The notes under the pieces: generated by a model
What the model was told of the DNA's origin: nothing
Database searches by the model: none
The model's input: the letters and a program-made list of their open reading frames with translations, nothing else
Shown: piece after piece, positions 19,801 through 29,455 of the stretch
How the letters are laid out: every line of letters starts with the position of its first letter
How positions within the stretch are numbered: the stretch's first letter is position 1
Virus record (IMG/VR): IMGVR_UViG_2645727673_000011
Span: 1 to 34,391 of that record
Source of the DNA: a virus
Taxonomy: Duplodnaviria; Heunggongvirae; Uroviricota; Caudoviricetes
DNA length: 34,391 bases
Reading direction: 5' to 3' (one strand)
Position numbers and translations under genes: made by a program

Positions 19801-22800
19801 CAAAGAACAATACGCCCGCATTCCGCTACGTGATGACACCATAGATGAGCATGCACAGGATATGCTTTATGACTTCGTTGCCGCCGGGCGCGTAGCCAGT
19901 GCAATGGATTCCGACTCCCACCGCAAAGAGGCCGCGCGTCGCCGGGTATTGTCGGAGTATTCAGATACCGGTACCGAAAAAGCAGAGAAGTATCCGTACT
20001 TTGAGGATATGGGCTTCGACAGCGTGATTGCTGACGAAGGCCACAACTACCGCAATTGCTATAAAAATGGTCGCGAAGCGTCACAACTGGCCTATCTGCC
20101 CACCAGCGCGGTGGCGCAATCGGCGCGAGATATGGCAATTAAAAACGCGTACCTGATGAAAAAGAATGGCGGGCGCGGGCCGGTTCTCCTGACTGCAACG
20201 CCAGTCGTTAACACCCCGATCGATGCATACAACATGCTTTCTCATGTTCTGCCGAAGGAATACTGGCAGAACATGGGGATCTACGGTCCTGATGACTTCG
20301 TTAAATTCTTCGGCAAGACCAGGCTGGAAACGGTACAGAAAATCAGCGGTGAAGTTGAAGAAAAAATGGCGCTGGTGGGCTTTGAAAACCTTGATGCGCT
20401 GCGCGGTATATTCCATCGCTGGGTAACGCTTAAAACGGCGGAAGACGTTAAGGATACCGTGGAGATCCCGGAGCTGGACGAACACCAGCAGGATGCACCA
20501 CTTACTGAAGAACAACTGGCGGCGTATGAAGAATTGCGTCAGCAGGCGGAAGCGGCGGCCAAAGCCAACAATGGCGTAACGACCTCGGTCAATGAAGACG
20601 GCGTGATTGAGCACGAGAAAGCCCGTCCGATCTTCTCAATAATCAGGGATATGGACCGCGTATGTACTGACATGGACCTGTACTATCGCCGGATCACCTA
20701 TCGTTTCCTGCCGGAGTACGCCGATGCGGTGCAGCAGCTGGCGGACAGTTTGCCTAAACAAGCCACCAGCGAAGACGACGACAGTGATGATTCAATCACG
20801 CAGCAATCGCAATACTCCCTGATAGATAAGGGCGAGTTTATTCAGTTGCAGGTTCCGGAAGCGTTCGAGCAGGAAGTGAATAAGCGCCTGGCCAGGTTTG
20901 GCATTGACGAACAGACCGTAACTCACCCCGTTACGCCGAAATACGCGAAGCTGATCGCCACGCTGAAGGAGTTTTTCCCGGAAGGTAAGCAAATCATCTT
21001 CACCGATGAAAAAACGAAGCACCAGAAGCTCAAGCGCATTATCTGCAATGCTCTAAACCTTGAACCTTCAAAGGTGGGGATCCTGAATGCTCAGACGGTT
21101 GCCGAGGCAGGTAAAACCGGTAAGAAACTGAAAGCGGTTAAACCGCCGAAAGAGCTACCGGATGAACCAACAGATGCACAGATAGCGAAATACAACGAGC
21201 AAATGGCTCTGTATGACGCCTATATCGCGCAGCAAAATGAAATGTCGTTGGGCGGTCTGGAAAAGATTGCAGCCGACTTCCAGGAGGGCCGGACTCCGAT
21301 CATCATCTGCAACAAAAAGGCAGAGGTGGGTATCAACCTGCATCGAGGAACGACGGATATCCACCACCTGACGTTGCCGTGGACACCAGCCAGTATCGCA
21401 CAGCGTAACGGTCGCGGTGCCCGAGTTGGTTCCAACCGTGCAAGCGTTCGCGTTCACTACTACTGCGGCAAGGGGTCTTTCGATGAATACCGACTGAAGA
21501 CGCTGAAGCGTAAAGCAGGCTGGATCTCCGATATCCTCCGTTCAGATAAGTCAGAAATGGAGAACGCCGATGCCAATGACATGATCGAAATGCAGATGTA
21601 TACCGCGAAGGATGACGGCGAACGTCTGGCAATGATGCAGGTTCAAATGGATAAGGCGAAAGCTGCGAAACGCGCTCGCCAGAAAGAACAGGCTACTATC
21701 GACCTTCAGAACTACATCAAGGCGCAGCACGCAGCTGGCGAGGATGTGGAGGTACTTACCGCTGAATTAGAGCGAAGCAAAGCGGAACTTGAAAAGACCA
21801 CCGTCGAGGTAGCTAAATTCAAACAGGCGGCAATGGCCAAGGCAGCGGATAACGCAGACTGGAAGGCCCGCTGGGGGAGTGTCCATCACACAGACCGTAT
21901 GTTGTTAGCACAGTATCGCGCGTCGTTGAAAAGCGCCATTCAGCGCAAGGCTAATATCTCTCAGGCCATCTCCCGCTATGAGAAATTATTGAACCGTACT
22001 CAGAAGGCCGCGACGGATATCAAACGCCTGCGCCCGCTGATGGAGGATGCAATAAATAAAGGCATTCTGGATATTGATCCTGACATGGTTAACCATGCGA
22101 GTGAGTTCCTTGTTATCGGCGATCGCTCATGGCGTGTAGGCCAATACTACGATTGTGCCGGTGATATCGTTCGCATTAAGTCGCTGGACTTCGACAGCCA
22201 GCGCGCAGACGTGGAGATCATCTTCACCTTCAAAGGCACCAAATCTGGTAATTGGGATGTGAAGACGCTGGATAAACAGGTTGATGTAACTCCTGATGAA
22301 GATGCTGTTATGCAGAAAATCAGTGGTGGCGTCTCCATCGCCGGGATTAACGACATCATTTCCTGTGACGATTTCTACCGTTTCCGGCAGCGCGGCATGA
22401 TCAAAATCACTGACTCATACGGCGTTCAGACTACAGAGTCAGGCTATAGCATTGATTTTGTTGGTACCTATACGGACCCACTGAAGCATGCGGTTTACCC
22501 GGATCGCCGTGACGGCGCGCTGAAGTCGTCAATTGCAAAATGGGTGCTTGGTATGATGTCGGAAGGGAATAACCGCCAGATCCGTTCGGCAGAAACATTC
22601 CTGGTTGAATTGTTTGGCTCCAATTATGGCGATGTAATCGCGTCATACGGAGATACGCTATCCCCTGAAGTAATTCAGGAGAAAATAGCGGATGCGATCG
22701 CAAAAATGCCGGAGAAAACAAGCCAGGGGGCTACTCGTAACGGGGATTCTGAACTTGAGGTCACCAATGCCATTTTCGGTACCCATGAGTTCCGGGCGTC

Positions 22801-23647
22801 AGATTATGAGATCACCACAGCACAGTTTGGCACCATTGGCATTTACAGCAATAAAGCCGAGATCAAGCAGGCAATGGACGCAGCAAGCGCGCGCATCGCA
22901 GCAGAACGGGAAGCCAATCTGAATCATGCAGTCGCCGCACTGACTCAATCGTGGGTAACAGCAATCAGGGAGGCCGCCACCACAGGGAAAATCACACCTG
23001 CAATTGCGGATGTCGTAAACGACGGCTCTAAATTTATGGATGCCTATCAAATGGATGCGGTGCAGTTGCCATCAGCCTATGGCCAATTCAGCTATCGCAT
23101 GACCTACAACCTGGTATCAATGTTTTCCGACCTTGCCATCCTTGGGCTGGTGGATCTTAACGAGGTTACGCCGGAATTGCTCAGCATGCGCAAGAATCAT
23201 GTGGAGATATTGCAGAGAATTAACACGGTTCTTGCCGGGCGCACCGATGAAGAGAAACAGGCCGACGCTGATCGGATAAACCTGGCCCTTGGCAACATCA
23301 CGGAGGAAGAAATTGCCGCCAGAAACGAGAAACAAGAAGAGTTATCATCAATACAGGGTGATGCCACCAGCATAGCTCAGTCTCTTGGTCTGAATTATCG
23401 CGTATCCACCGCCGACCTGAAGATGATGTACGCACCAAAATTCGCCGCTGGCGAGGTATTTGGGCTTCAGGAAGCCTCAGGCATGAAAGGCGTTCTTTTC
23501 CGTGCGAAAGACGCAATCAAGGCGAAATTCGGCGCTCGCTGGCTGCCAGCGAAGGCGAAGAACAGCGATTTCCCGGGTAACTGGTGGATTATCGAGACAA
23601 AACACAACGTGGCGGACGTTCTGGCCGTCATCCAACAATACGCATAA
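16880..23647 (+). CDS. darB: DarB antirestriction protein: N-terminal N6-adenine methyltransferase-like domain plus DExH helicase domain
   Basis: 2255 aa, the length I recall for P1 DarB. Methyltransferase-like motif HVVGNVPFGG; helicase Walker A GFGTGLGKTT and motif II IADEGHNYRN. Confidence 0.9.
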   Translation: MNKLYMRVFRCSSVSEILKYIRAITSHRAPIKYGVEKVEGKSYDRLRREANQKAIDLLNSLVDGATLTDEQRQILAGYTGEGGIGGSVSEYYTPKPIAEGVWEIMKLYGADVGNTLEPSAGTGVFNETKPVGTVMTATEISSVSGRINQLLHPEDSVQISPFEQLAISTPNDSFDHVVGNVPFGGRDNTRNIDKPYAEETDMGSYFMLRMLDKIKPGGFMCVIVPPSIVSGSNMKRLRLRLSRKAEFLGAHRLPTGTFDANGTSTVVDVVLMRKHPAEMAEKIPLVDEGTLESANVLWPTFISGKWFEKDGRRFVHGTQEKGFQGRIEVRADGQIDNQALKAKLIHRFESRIDWSLLDMAEPSPTADVVDEGEMRLINGVWQKYAGGRWIEADAGKELKIDVASYGADSWEALQRNLTTTEGRLGMTFTQMANVRDKYTTSISDDMVQLVDWINSQPEKYRERLYRGAMIGRMLIEYQDMKAAGHSAEQIEQQRLSLVSRLQAEIDRFGNPGRGPIAKLSGSGARAWFAFRGAIKLDGTISDELTGKLVTHDSSASYDSTSYQDTLRYLYSDLTRDPIQLDDFRLAFTGELPASDEELLNLLASTPGIAVSPYGGIVPFARATSGDINEIVAPKQEFLATLPDGPVKNNVLNQLAAIEEKRIKTPAENIRFKLNSRWFDRSVILEFLQENGYPDLRYVQSVQLEGDEMVSDTYHGGDGLFVGHRYGVVQRKDKETGEIRYEWDRKSGENATGFPAQLEKYLNGARIGGKDSATANGYREQMALLEDQFNKWIKTHDRYDELVAKYNDVFNSNIPYEHSGDPLGLKGLSGKRQPFDYQNSEVRRLSEDGRGILGFGTGLGKTTTALALEAFNYENGRSTRTAYVVPKSVLENWYYETKEFLSEEAFSNYLFVGLDVLMDGDQIRQVPVLDENGKPVLGTDGTPVMRDALKLADEATITARMNAIPHSNYRAVVFTKEQYARIPLRDDTIDEHAQDMLYDFVAAGRVASAMDSDSHRKEAARRRVLSEYSDTGTEKAEKYPYFEDMGFDSVIADEGHNYRNCYKNGREASQLAYLPTSAVAQSARDMAIKNAYLMKKNGGRGPVLLTATPVVNTPIDAYNMLSHVLPKEYWQNMGIYGPDDFVKFFGKTRLETVQKISGEVEEKMALVGFENLDALRGIFHRWVTLKTAEDVKDTVEIPELDEHQQDAPLTEEQLAAYEELRQQAEAAAKANNGVTTSVNEDGVIEHEKARPIFSIIRDMDRVCTDMDLYYRRITYRFLPEYADAVQQLADSLPKQATSEDDDSDDSITQQSQYSLIDKGEFIQLQVPEAFEQEVNKRLARFGIDEQTVTHPVTPKYAKLIATLKEFFPEGKQIIFTDEKTKHQKLKRIICNALNLEPSKVGILNAQTVAEAGKTGKKLKAVKPPKELPDEPTDAQIAKYNEQMALYDAYIAQQNEMSLGGLEKIAADFQEGRTPIIICNKKAEVGINLHRGTTDIHHLTLPWTPASIAQRNGRGARVGSNRASVRVHYYCGKGSFDEYRLKTLKRKAGWISDILRSDKSEMENADANDMIEMQMYTAKDDGERLAMMQVQMDKAKAAKRARQKEQATIDLQNYIKAQHAAGEDVEVLTAELERSKAELEKTTVEVAKFKQAAMAKAADNADWKARWGSVHHTDRMLLAQYRASLKSAIQRKANISQAISRYEKLLNRTQKAATDIKRLRPLMEDAINKGILDIDPDMVNHASEFLVIGDRSWRVGQYYDCAGDIVRIKSLDFDSQRADVEIIFTFKGTKSGNWDVKTLDKQVDVTPDEDAVMQKISGGVSIAGINDIISCDDFYRFRQRGMIKITDSYGVQTTESGYSIDFVGTYTDPLKHAVYPDRRDGALKSSIAKWVLGMMSEGNNRQIRSAETFLVELFGSNYGDVIASYGDTLSPEVIQEKIADAIAKMPEKTSQGATRNGDSELEVTNAIFGTHEFRASDYEITTAQFGTIGIYSNKAEIKQAMDAASARIAAEREANLNHAVAALTQSWVTAIREAATTGKITPAIADVVNDGSKFMDAYQMDAVQLPSAYGQFSYRMTYNLVSMFSDLAILGLVDLNEVTPELLSMRKNHVEILQRINTVLAGRTDEEKQADADRINLALGNITEEEIAARNEKQEELSSIQGDATSIAQSLGLNYRVSTADLKMMYAPKFAAGEVFGLQEASGMKGVLFRAKDAIKAKFGARWLPAKAKNSDFPGNWWIIETKHNVADVLAVIQQYA

Positions 23648-23653
23648 CAGGAG

Positions 23654-23671
23654 CGCCCGGTTCGCCGGGCG
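23654..23671 (+). other. GC-rich hairpin between darB and ulx
   Basis: cgcccgg-ttcg-ccgggcg forms a 7-bp all-GC stem with no U tract; possible RNA stability or attenuation element. Confidence 0.3.
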
Positions 23672-23680
23672 TCGCATAAT

Positions 23681-24121
23681 ATGGCCACACTATCTGATAC
23701 AATAAAACCGAATAAAACATATCTTGAGGCGGTACTCCGTACAGCGTTGTTAGGAAAGACAGAAGACGAATACGTTGATTTCTTCCTGTCAGGGCTACGC
23801 GGGCGATTACTGAAAAATCCCCGCCTGTACCGCAGCTATGGTCCATACTGGCCGGAAATTAAAAAATTATTACTGGAGCGCGGTTATGGTAATTTCGGTC
23901 GTCTCGTTGACCGTGACGTTCGCAAAATTTACCGTTATGACCGCCCGGCGCTGACGCTCATAGCCGCGACGCTCTACAGCCAGGAGCGTTTTGATAATGG
24001 TCAGATATACTCAGCCTGGCATTTACTGCCAGTACCTGAAGAGGTTGACGACCAGGACTATGAGTTTGAGTCTTACGATTTGGAAGTTGAAGCCTTAGCA
24101 CAGGCTGGAGAGAAAACTTGA
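23681..24121 (+). CDS. ulx: Ulx-like protein of unknown function
   Basis: 146-aa ORF with ATG at 23681 immediately after darB. Named by position only. Confidence 0.55.
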   Translation: MATLSDTIKPNKTYLEAVLRTALLGKTEDEYVDFFLSGLRGRLLKNPRLYRSYGPYWPEIKKLLLERGYGNFGRLVDRDVRKIYRYDRPALTLIAATLYSQERFDNGQIYSAWHLLPVPEEVDDQDYEFESYDLEVEALAQAGEKT

Positions 24122-24366
24122 AAAAGCGATACTACACAGTAAAGCATGGGACGCTACGAGCATTACAAGAGTTTGCTGATAAGCATAACGTTGAGGTGCG
24201 CAGGGAGGGGGGAAGTAAAGCTCTGCGCATGTACCGTCCGGACGGGAAATGGCGTACGGTCGTCGATTTCAAAACTAACAGCGTTCCCCAGGGCGTCCGC
24301 GATCGGGCATTCGAAGAATGGGAGCAGATCATCATAGATAATGCATTGCTTCTCAATGCGGATTAA
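24118..24366 (+). CDS. lxc: Lxc-like small protein (in P1, a modulator of C1 repressor)
   Basis: 82-aa ORF starting at TTG 24118, overlapping the ulx stop and preceded by GGAGAG. No in-frame ATG nearby. Named by position only. Confidence 0.45.
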   Translation: MKKRYYTVKHGTLRALQEFADKHNVEVRREGGSKALRMYRPDGKWRTVVDFKTNSVPQGVRDRAFEEWEQIIIDNALLLNAD

Positions 24367-24525
24367 ACTTCCCCAAATAATGGCTGTTTGCTCGCCGAGC
24401 ATCGCTCAAAGAAACACGATTATTCAAACATATAGATAGTGATAGTGCCCTCGTATAAGTGTGACAACTTCTGGCTCTAGTGGGCTGGGGAGGCGGCGCT
24501 TTGTTGCTAAATGATCTGGTTTAAA

Positions 24526-26466
24526 ATGGATATGAAAAAAGAAACGATTTTTTCCGAAGTAGAAACGGCTAACAGCAAGCAACTGGCTGTGTTGAAAGCT
24601 AATTTCCCTCAGTGTTTTGATAAAAACGGAGCCTTCATTCAAGAAAAATTGCTTGAGATTATTAGGGCATCGGAAGTTGAACTCTCTAAAGAATCATACA
24701 GCTTGAACTGGCTGGGTAAATCTTATGCCCGTTTGTTGGCCAATCTACCACCGAAAACGTTGTTGGCAGAAGATAAAACTCATAACCAACAAGAAGAGAA
24801 CAAGAACAGTCAACACCTGTTAATCAAAGGGGATAATCTCGAAGTATTGAAGCATATGGTTAATGCTTACGCTGAAAAGGTGAAGATGATTTACATTGAC
24901 CCACCATACAATACAGGTAAGGATGGGTTCGTTTATAATGATGATCGCAAATTTACACCTGAGCAGCTTTCTGAACTAGCAGGCATCGACCTCGATGAGG
25001 CTAAACGCATATTAGAATTTACCACCAAGGGGTCAAGCAGTCATAGTGCATGGCTGACATTCATTTACCCACGCCTTTATATTGCTCGTGAATTAATGAG
25101 AGAAGACGGGACTATTTTTATTTCTATTGACCATAATGAGTTCAGTCAATTAAAACTAGTTTGCGACGAGATCTTTGGTGAGCAAAACCATGTTGGGGAT
25201 CTAGTATGGAAAAATGCAACTGATAACAACCCTTCAAATATCGCTGTAGAGCATGAATATATTATTGTTTACACAAAAAACAAAGAGCAGCTTATAAGTG
25301 AGTGGAAATCTAATATCTCCGATGTAAAAAACTTACTTGTCAACATAGGTGAAGAATTTGCATCAAAATACACTGGCAATGAACTTCAGGAAAAATATAC
25401 CCAGTGGTTTCGTGAACACAGATCTGAATTATGGCCTCTTGACCGATACAAATATATAGACAAAGACGGCATCTATACTGGTAGTCAGAGCGTCCACAAC
25501 CCCGGAAAAGAGGGTTACAGATATGATATTATACATCCAAAAACTAAGAAGCCATGCAAACAACCTCTTATGGGATATCGTTTTCCATTAGATACAATGG
25601 ATAGGCTTCTGTCTGAAGAAAAGATCATCTTCGGTGATGATGAAAACAAAATTATAGAACTAAAAGTTTATGCTAAGGATTACAAACAGAAATTAAGCTC
25701 CGTTATCCATCTTGATGGGCGTGTTGCAACGAACGAACTTAAAGAGCTGTTCCCAGAAATGACTCAACCATTCACAAATGCTAAAACTATAAAATTAGTA
25801 GAAGATTTAATATCTTTTGCATGTGATGGAGAGGGTATTGTTTTGGATTTTTTTGCTGGGTCAGGAACTACAGCGCATACAGTTTTTAATTTGAATAACA
25901 AAAATAAAACGTCGTATCAGTTTATTACAGTTCAACTAGATGAACCTACAAAAGATAAATCTGATGCCATGAAGCATGGCTATAATACAATATTTGACTT
26001 AACAAAGGAGCGTTTAATTAGGGCGTCTAAAAAAAATAGGGATCAGGGGTTTAAGGTATATCAACTAATGCCAGATTTTCGCGCTAAAGACGAATCAGAA
26101 CTTACACTGTCTAATCATACATTCTTTGATGATGTTGTCTTGACGCCTGAACAATATGACACTCTATTAACTACATGGTGCCTGTATGATGGCAGTTTGC
26201 TAACAACACCTATTGAAGATGTTGATCTTGGTGGCTACAAAGCACATTTGTGCGATGGTCGTCTGTATTTGATTGCACCTAATTTTACTAGCGAAGCATT
26301 GAAAGCGTTACTTCAAAAGGTGGATTCAGACAAAGACTTTGCTCCAAACAAAGTCGTGTTTTATGGCAGCAATTTTGAAAGCGCAAAGCAAATGGAACTC
26401 AATGAAGCACTAAAAAGTTATGCTAATAAAAAATCTATTGAGTTAGATTTGGTGGTGAGGAACTAA
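24526..26466 (+). CDS. mod: Type III restriction-modification methyltransferase (Mod), EcoP1I-like
   Basis: N6-adenine methyltransferase motifs DPPYNTG and FFAGSGTTAH. In-frame ATGs at 24511, 24526 and 24532; I chose 24526 because it gives 646 aa, the length I recall for P1 Mod. Confidence 0.85.
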   Translation: MDMKKETIFSEVETANSKQLAVLKANFPQCFDKNGAFIQEKLLEIIRASEVELSKESYSLNWLGKSYARLLANLPPKTLLAEDKTHNQQEENKNSQHLLIKGDNLEVLKHMVNAYAEKVKMIYIDPPYNTGKDGFVYNDDRKFTPEQLSELAGIDLDEAKRILEFTTKGSSSHSAWLTFIYPRLYIARELMREDGTIFISIDHNEFSQLKLVCDEIFGEQNHVGDLVWKNATDNNPSNIAVEHEYIIVYTKNKEQLISEWKSNISDVKNLLVNIGEEFASKYTGNELQEKYTQWFREHRSELWPLDRYKYIDKDGIYTGSQSVHNPGKEGYRYDIIHPKTKKPCKQPLMGYRFPLDTMDRLLSEEKIIFGDDENKIIELKVYAKDYKQKLSSVIHLDGRVATNELKELFPEMTQPFTNAKTIKLVEDLISFACDGEGIVLDFFAGSGTTAHTVFNLNNKNKTSYQFITVQLDEPTKDKSDAMKHGYNTIFDLTKERLIRASKKNRDQGFKVYQLMPDFRAKDESELTLSNHTFFDDVVLTPEQYDTLLTTWCLYDGSLLTTPIEDVDLGGYKAHLCDGRLYLIAPNFTSEALKALLQKVDSDKDFAPNKVVFYGSNFESAKQMELNEALKSYANKKSIELDLVVRN

Positions 26467-26468
26467 TC

Positions 26469-29381
26469 ATGTCAAAAGGGTTCACTCTCGAAAAGAACTT
26501 GCCGCATCAGAAAGCAGGAGTCGATGCGGTGATGAATGTTTTTGTTTCCGCAACACCTCACCTGACGGATAATGTTGCTGTTCGCCTTTTAGCTAATCCT
26601 GAACTGAAGCTGTCTGAACAACAATACTACAACAATATAAAAAATGTTCAGGCGTTCAATGGTATTGCGCACTCAAAAGATAATCACAATGCTAAAAGCA
26701 ACATCATTGATGTTTCTATGGAGACAGGTACAGGCAAGACGTACACCTATATCAAAACTATTTTTGACCTGAATAAATCATTTGGTATTAACAAGTTTAT
26801 CATCATTGTTCCGACTCTATCTATCAAGGCCGGAACCGTTAACTTTTTAAAAAGTGATGCTTTAAAAGAACACTTCCGGGATGATTACAAGCGTGAGCTG
26901 AGAACTTACGTTGTTGAAAGTCAGAAAAACGCTGGCAAAAATACAAAATCGTATATGCCTCAGGCTATACATGATTTTGTTGAAGCAAGTAACTTCAATA
27001 AAAAATATATACACGTTCTTGTTATTAACTCAGGAATGATCAACTCTAAGTCTTTAACGGATACTTACGATACTGGCTTGCTTGATAATCAGTTTAATAC
27101 TCCAGTTGACGCGCTCAGAGCTGTAAAACCATTTATCATCATTGACGAACCACATAGATTTCCTACTGGTAAAAAAACATGGGAAAACATAGAGAAATTT
27201 AACGCACAATATATTATCCGCTATGGCGCAACCTTTAGCGAAGGCTATAAGAACCTGGTTTATCGTCTTACAGCCGTGGACGCATTTAACGATGATCTCG
27301 TTAAAGGTATTGATGCATATATTGAGGATATAGTCGGCGATGGTAACGCAAACCTCAAATTCGTCAAATCTGACGGAAAGGAAGCTACATTTGAACTGAA
27401 TGAAAACAACAACAAAAAATCGTTTAAGTTAGCTAAAGGTGAATCACTGTCTAAGACGCATAGTGCGATCCATGATTTAACTCTTGATGCTTTAAACAAG
27501 AGCACAGCAGTGTTGAGTAATGGTATTGAGTTGAAGATTGGTAGCTCAATAAATCCCTATTCTTACGATCAGACACTCGCTGATAACATGATGCGTAAGG
27601 CTGTCAAAGAACACTTTAAGTTAGAAAAAGAACTTCTGACACAAAGGCCACGCATAAAGCCTCTTACTCTTTTCTTTATTGACGATATTGAAGGCTATCG
27701 TGACGGTAATGATATTTCCGGAAGCCTGAAGACCAAATTCGAAGAATACGTTCTGGCAGAAGCTAATGAACTGTTAAAAACAGAGCAAGATGCGTTTTAT
27801 AAAAACTATCTTGAAAAAACAGTCACAAATATATCTTCCGTTCATGGTGGTTATTTCTCAAAAGATAACAGTGATAAGGATGATAAAATCGAGCAGGAAA
27901 TCAACGAAATCCTTCATGACAAAGAGCTTTTGCTGTCTTTAGATAATCCCCGTCGGTTTATTTTCTCAAAATGGACGTTGCGTGAGGGGTGGGATAATCC
28001 TAATGTTTTTCAGATCTGTAAGCTCCGTTCGAGCGGTAGTACCACATCTAAGCTTCAAGAGGTAGGGCGCGGTTTGCGTCTTCCTGTGAATGAATACATG
28101 TGTCGAGTGAAAGACCGCAATTTTACCCTTAAATATTATGTTGATTTTACAGAAAAGGATTTTGTTGACTCACTTGTTAAAGAGGTCAACGAGAGTTCTT
28201 TCAAAGAAAGAGTTCCAAGTAAGTTTACTCAAGAGCTTAAGGAACAAATCATGGCTCAGTATCCTGAGCTTTCATCCAGAGCACTAATGAATGAACTTTT
28301 CAATGATGAAATCATTGATGACAATGATAATTTCAAAGATTCAGATGCCTATAGCCGCTTAAAATCCAAATATCCAGCAGCATTCCCTATAGGAGTGAAA
28401 CCTGGTAAAATCAAAAAAGCTACTGATGGAAAAAGACGCACTAAAATGCGTGTTGGTAAGTTCAGTGAGCTGAAAGAACTATGGGATTTGATCAATCAAA
28501 AAGCGGTGATTGAGTACAAAATAAACAGTGAAAGTGAATTTTTATCCATTTTCAAGTCATTCATGCTCGAAGAAACAGAACGATTTACCAAATCAGGCGT
28601 TCATACTCGCATTGATAAAATTTACATCCACAATGATATGGCAATGTCGAAAAGCATTGTCAGTGATGACGATGACTTTGCTAAGCTGAACACAATGAGC
28701 TATCGAGAGTTTCTCGATAACTTATCACAGACTATTTTTGTTAAACACGGTACTTTACATAAAGTTTTTTGTGATATAAAAGACACTATTAATATCACTG
28801 AATACCTTAATATTCAAACAATCAGAAAAATTAAATCTGGTTTTAGTAAGTATTTGTTGAACAATTCGTTTAATAAATTCAGCCTCGGATATAATTTGAT
28901 TTCGGGTTCAATTCATCCTACAAAGTTCACAAATGCTGATGGTAATCCTCTAGGCGAGGTATTATCAAGTGATCTTGGTGTATTGCAGGATAATGCAAAA
29001 GCACCATTAGATACTTATCTTTTTGAAGAAGTTTTTTATGATTCAGAGCTTGAAAGGCGTAATATAACAGATAGAGAGATCCAGTCTGTTGTTGTTTTTT
29101 CAAAGATACCGAAGAATTCTATTAAGATCCCGGTAGCTGGTGGATACACTTACTCACCCGATTTTGCTTATGTTGTAAAAACAGCGGAAGGTGATTATCT
29201 TAATTTTATCATTGAAACAAAAAACGTAGATAGTAAGGATAGTTTACGGCTTGAAGAAAAACGGAAAATTGAACATGCCCAAGCGCTTTTCAATCAAATA
29301 AGTCAGTCTGTTAAAGTTGAATTCAGAACGCAGTTTGCTAATGATGATATTTATCAGTTAATCAAGAGCGCATTACCATAA
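26469..29381 (+). CDS. res: Type III restriction endonuclease subunit (Res), EcoP1I-like
   Basis: 970 aa, ATG 2 nt after the mod stop with GAGGAA upstream. Helicase Walker A METGTGKTYTY and motif II IIIDEPH; C-terminal PD-(D/E)xK-like nuclease motif (SPDFAYVVK ... IIETKN). Confidence 0.9.
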   Translation: MSKGFTLEKNLPHQKAGVDAVMNVFVSATPHLTDNVAVRLLANPELKLSEQQYYNNIKNVQAFNGIAHSKDNHNAKSNIIDVSMETGTGKTYTYIKTIFDLNKSFGINKFIIIVPTLSIKAGTVNFLKSDALKEHFRDDYKRELRTYVVESQKNAGKNTKSYMPQAIHDFVEASNFNKKYIHVLVINSGMINSKSLTDTYDTGLLDNQFNTPVDALRAVKPFIIIDEPHRFPTGKKTWENIEKFNAQYIIRYGATFSEGYKNLVYRLTAVDAFNDDLVKGIDAYIEDIVGDGNANLKFVKSDGKEATFELNENNNKKSFKLAKGESLSKTHSAIHDLTLDALNKSTAVLSNGIELKIGSSINPYSYDQTLADNMMRKAVKEHFKLEKELLTQRPRIKPLTLFFIDDIEGYRDGNDISGSLKTKFEEYVLAEANELLKTEQDAFYKNYLEKTVTNISSVHGGYFSKDNSDKDDKIEQEINEILHDKELLLSLDNPRRFIFSKWTLREGWDNPNVFQICKLRSSGSTTSKLQEVGRGLRLPVNEYMCRVKDRNFTLKYYVDFTEKDFVDSLVKEVNESSFKERVPSKFTQELKEQIMAQYPELSSRALMNELFNDEIIDDNDNFKDSDAYSRLKSKYPAAFPIGVKPGKIKKATDGKRRTKMRVGKFSELKELWDLINQKAVIEYKINSESEFLSIFKSFMLEETERFTKSGVHTRIDKIYIHNDMAMSKSIVSDDDDFAKLNTMSYREFLDNLSQTIFVKHGTLHKVFCDIKDTINITEYLNIQTIRKIKSGFSKYLLNNSFNKFSLGYNLISGSIHPTKFTNADGNPLGEVLSSDLGVLQDNAKAPLDTYLFEEVFYDSELERRNITDREIQSVVVFSKIPKNSIKIPVAGGYTYSPDFAYVVKTAEGDYLNFIIETKNVDSKDSLRLEEKRKIEHAQALFNQISQSVKVEFRTQFANDDIYQLIKSALP

Positions 29382-29391
29382 TTCTAGTTTA

Positions 29392-29416
29392 AAAGGAGGT
29401 GAAAACCTCCTTTTTT
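29392..29416. terminator. Bidirectional intrinsic terminator between convergent res (+) and mat (-)
   Basis: aaaggaggt-gaaa-acctccttt followed by TTTTTT on the plus strand; the complement also carries a short U tract. Confidence 0.65.
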
Positions 29417-29455
29417 GACATCCTACACGACCTGAAAGAAGTGGCGTTTAGGCCG

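Noticed and set aside
17200-23516. Numerous antisense or alternative-frame ORFs inside darB (for example 20081-20614, 19797-20138)
   Set aside because: They sit entirely within a 2255-aa gene whose motifs are conserved, and they show no start signals.
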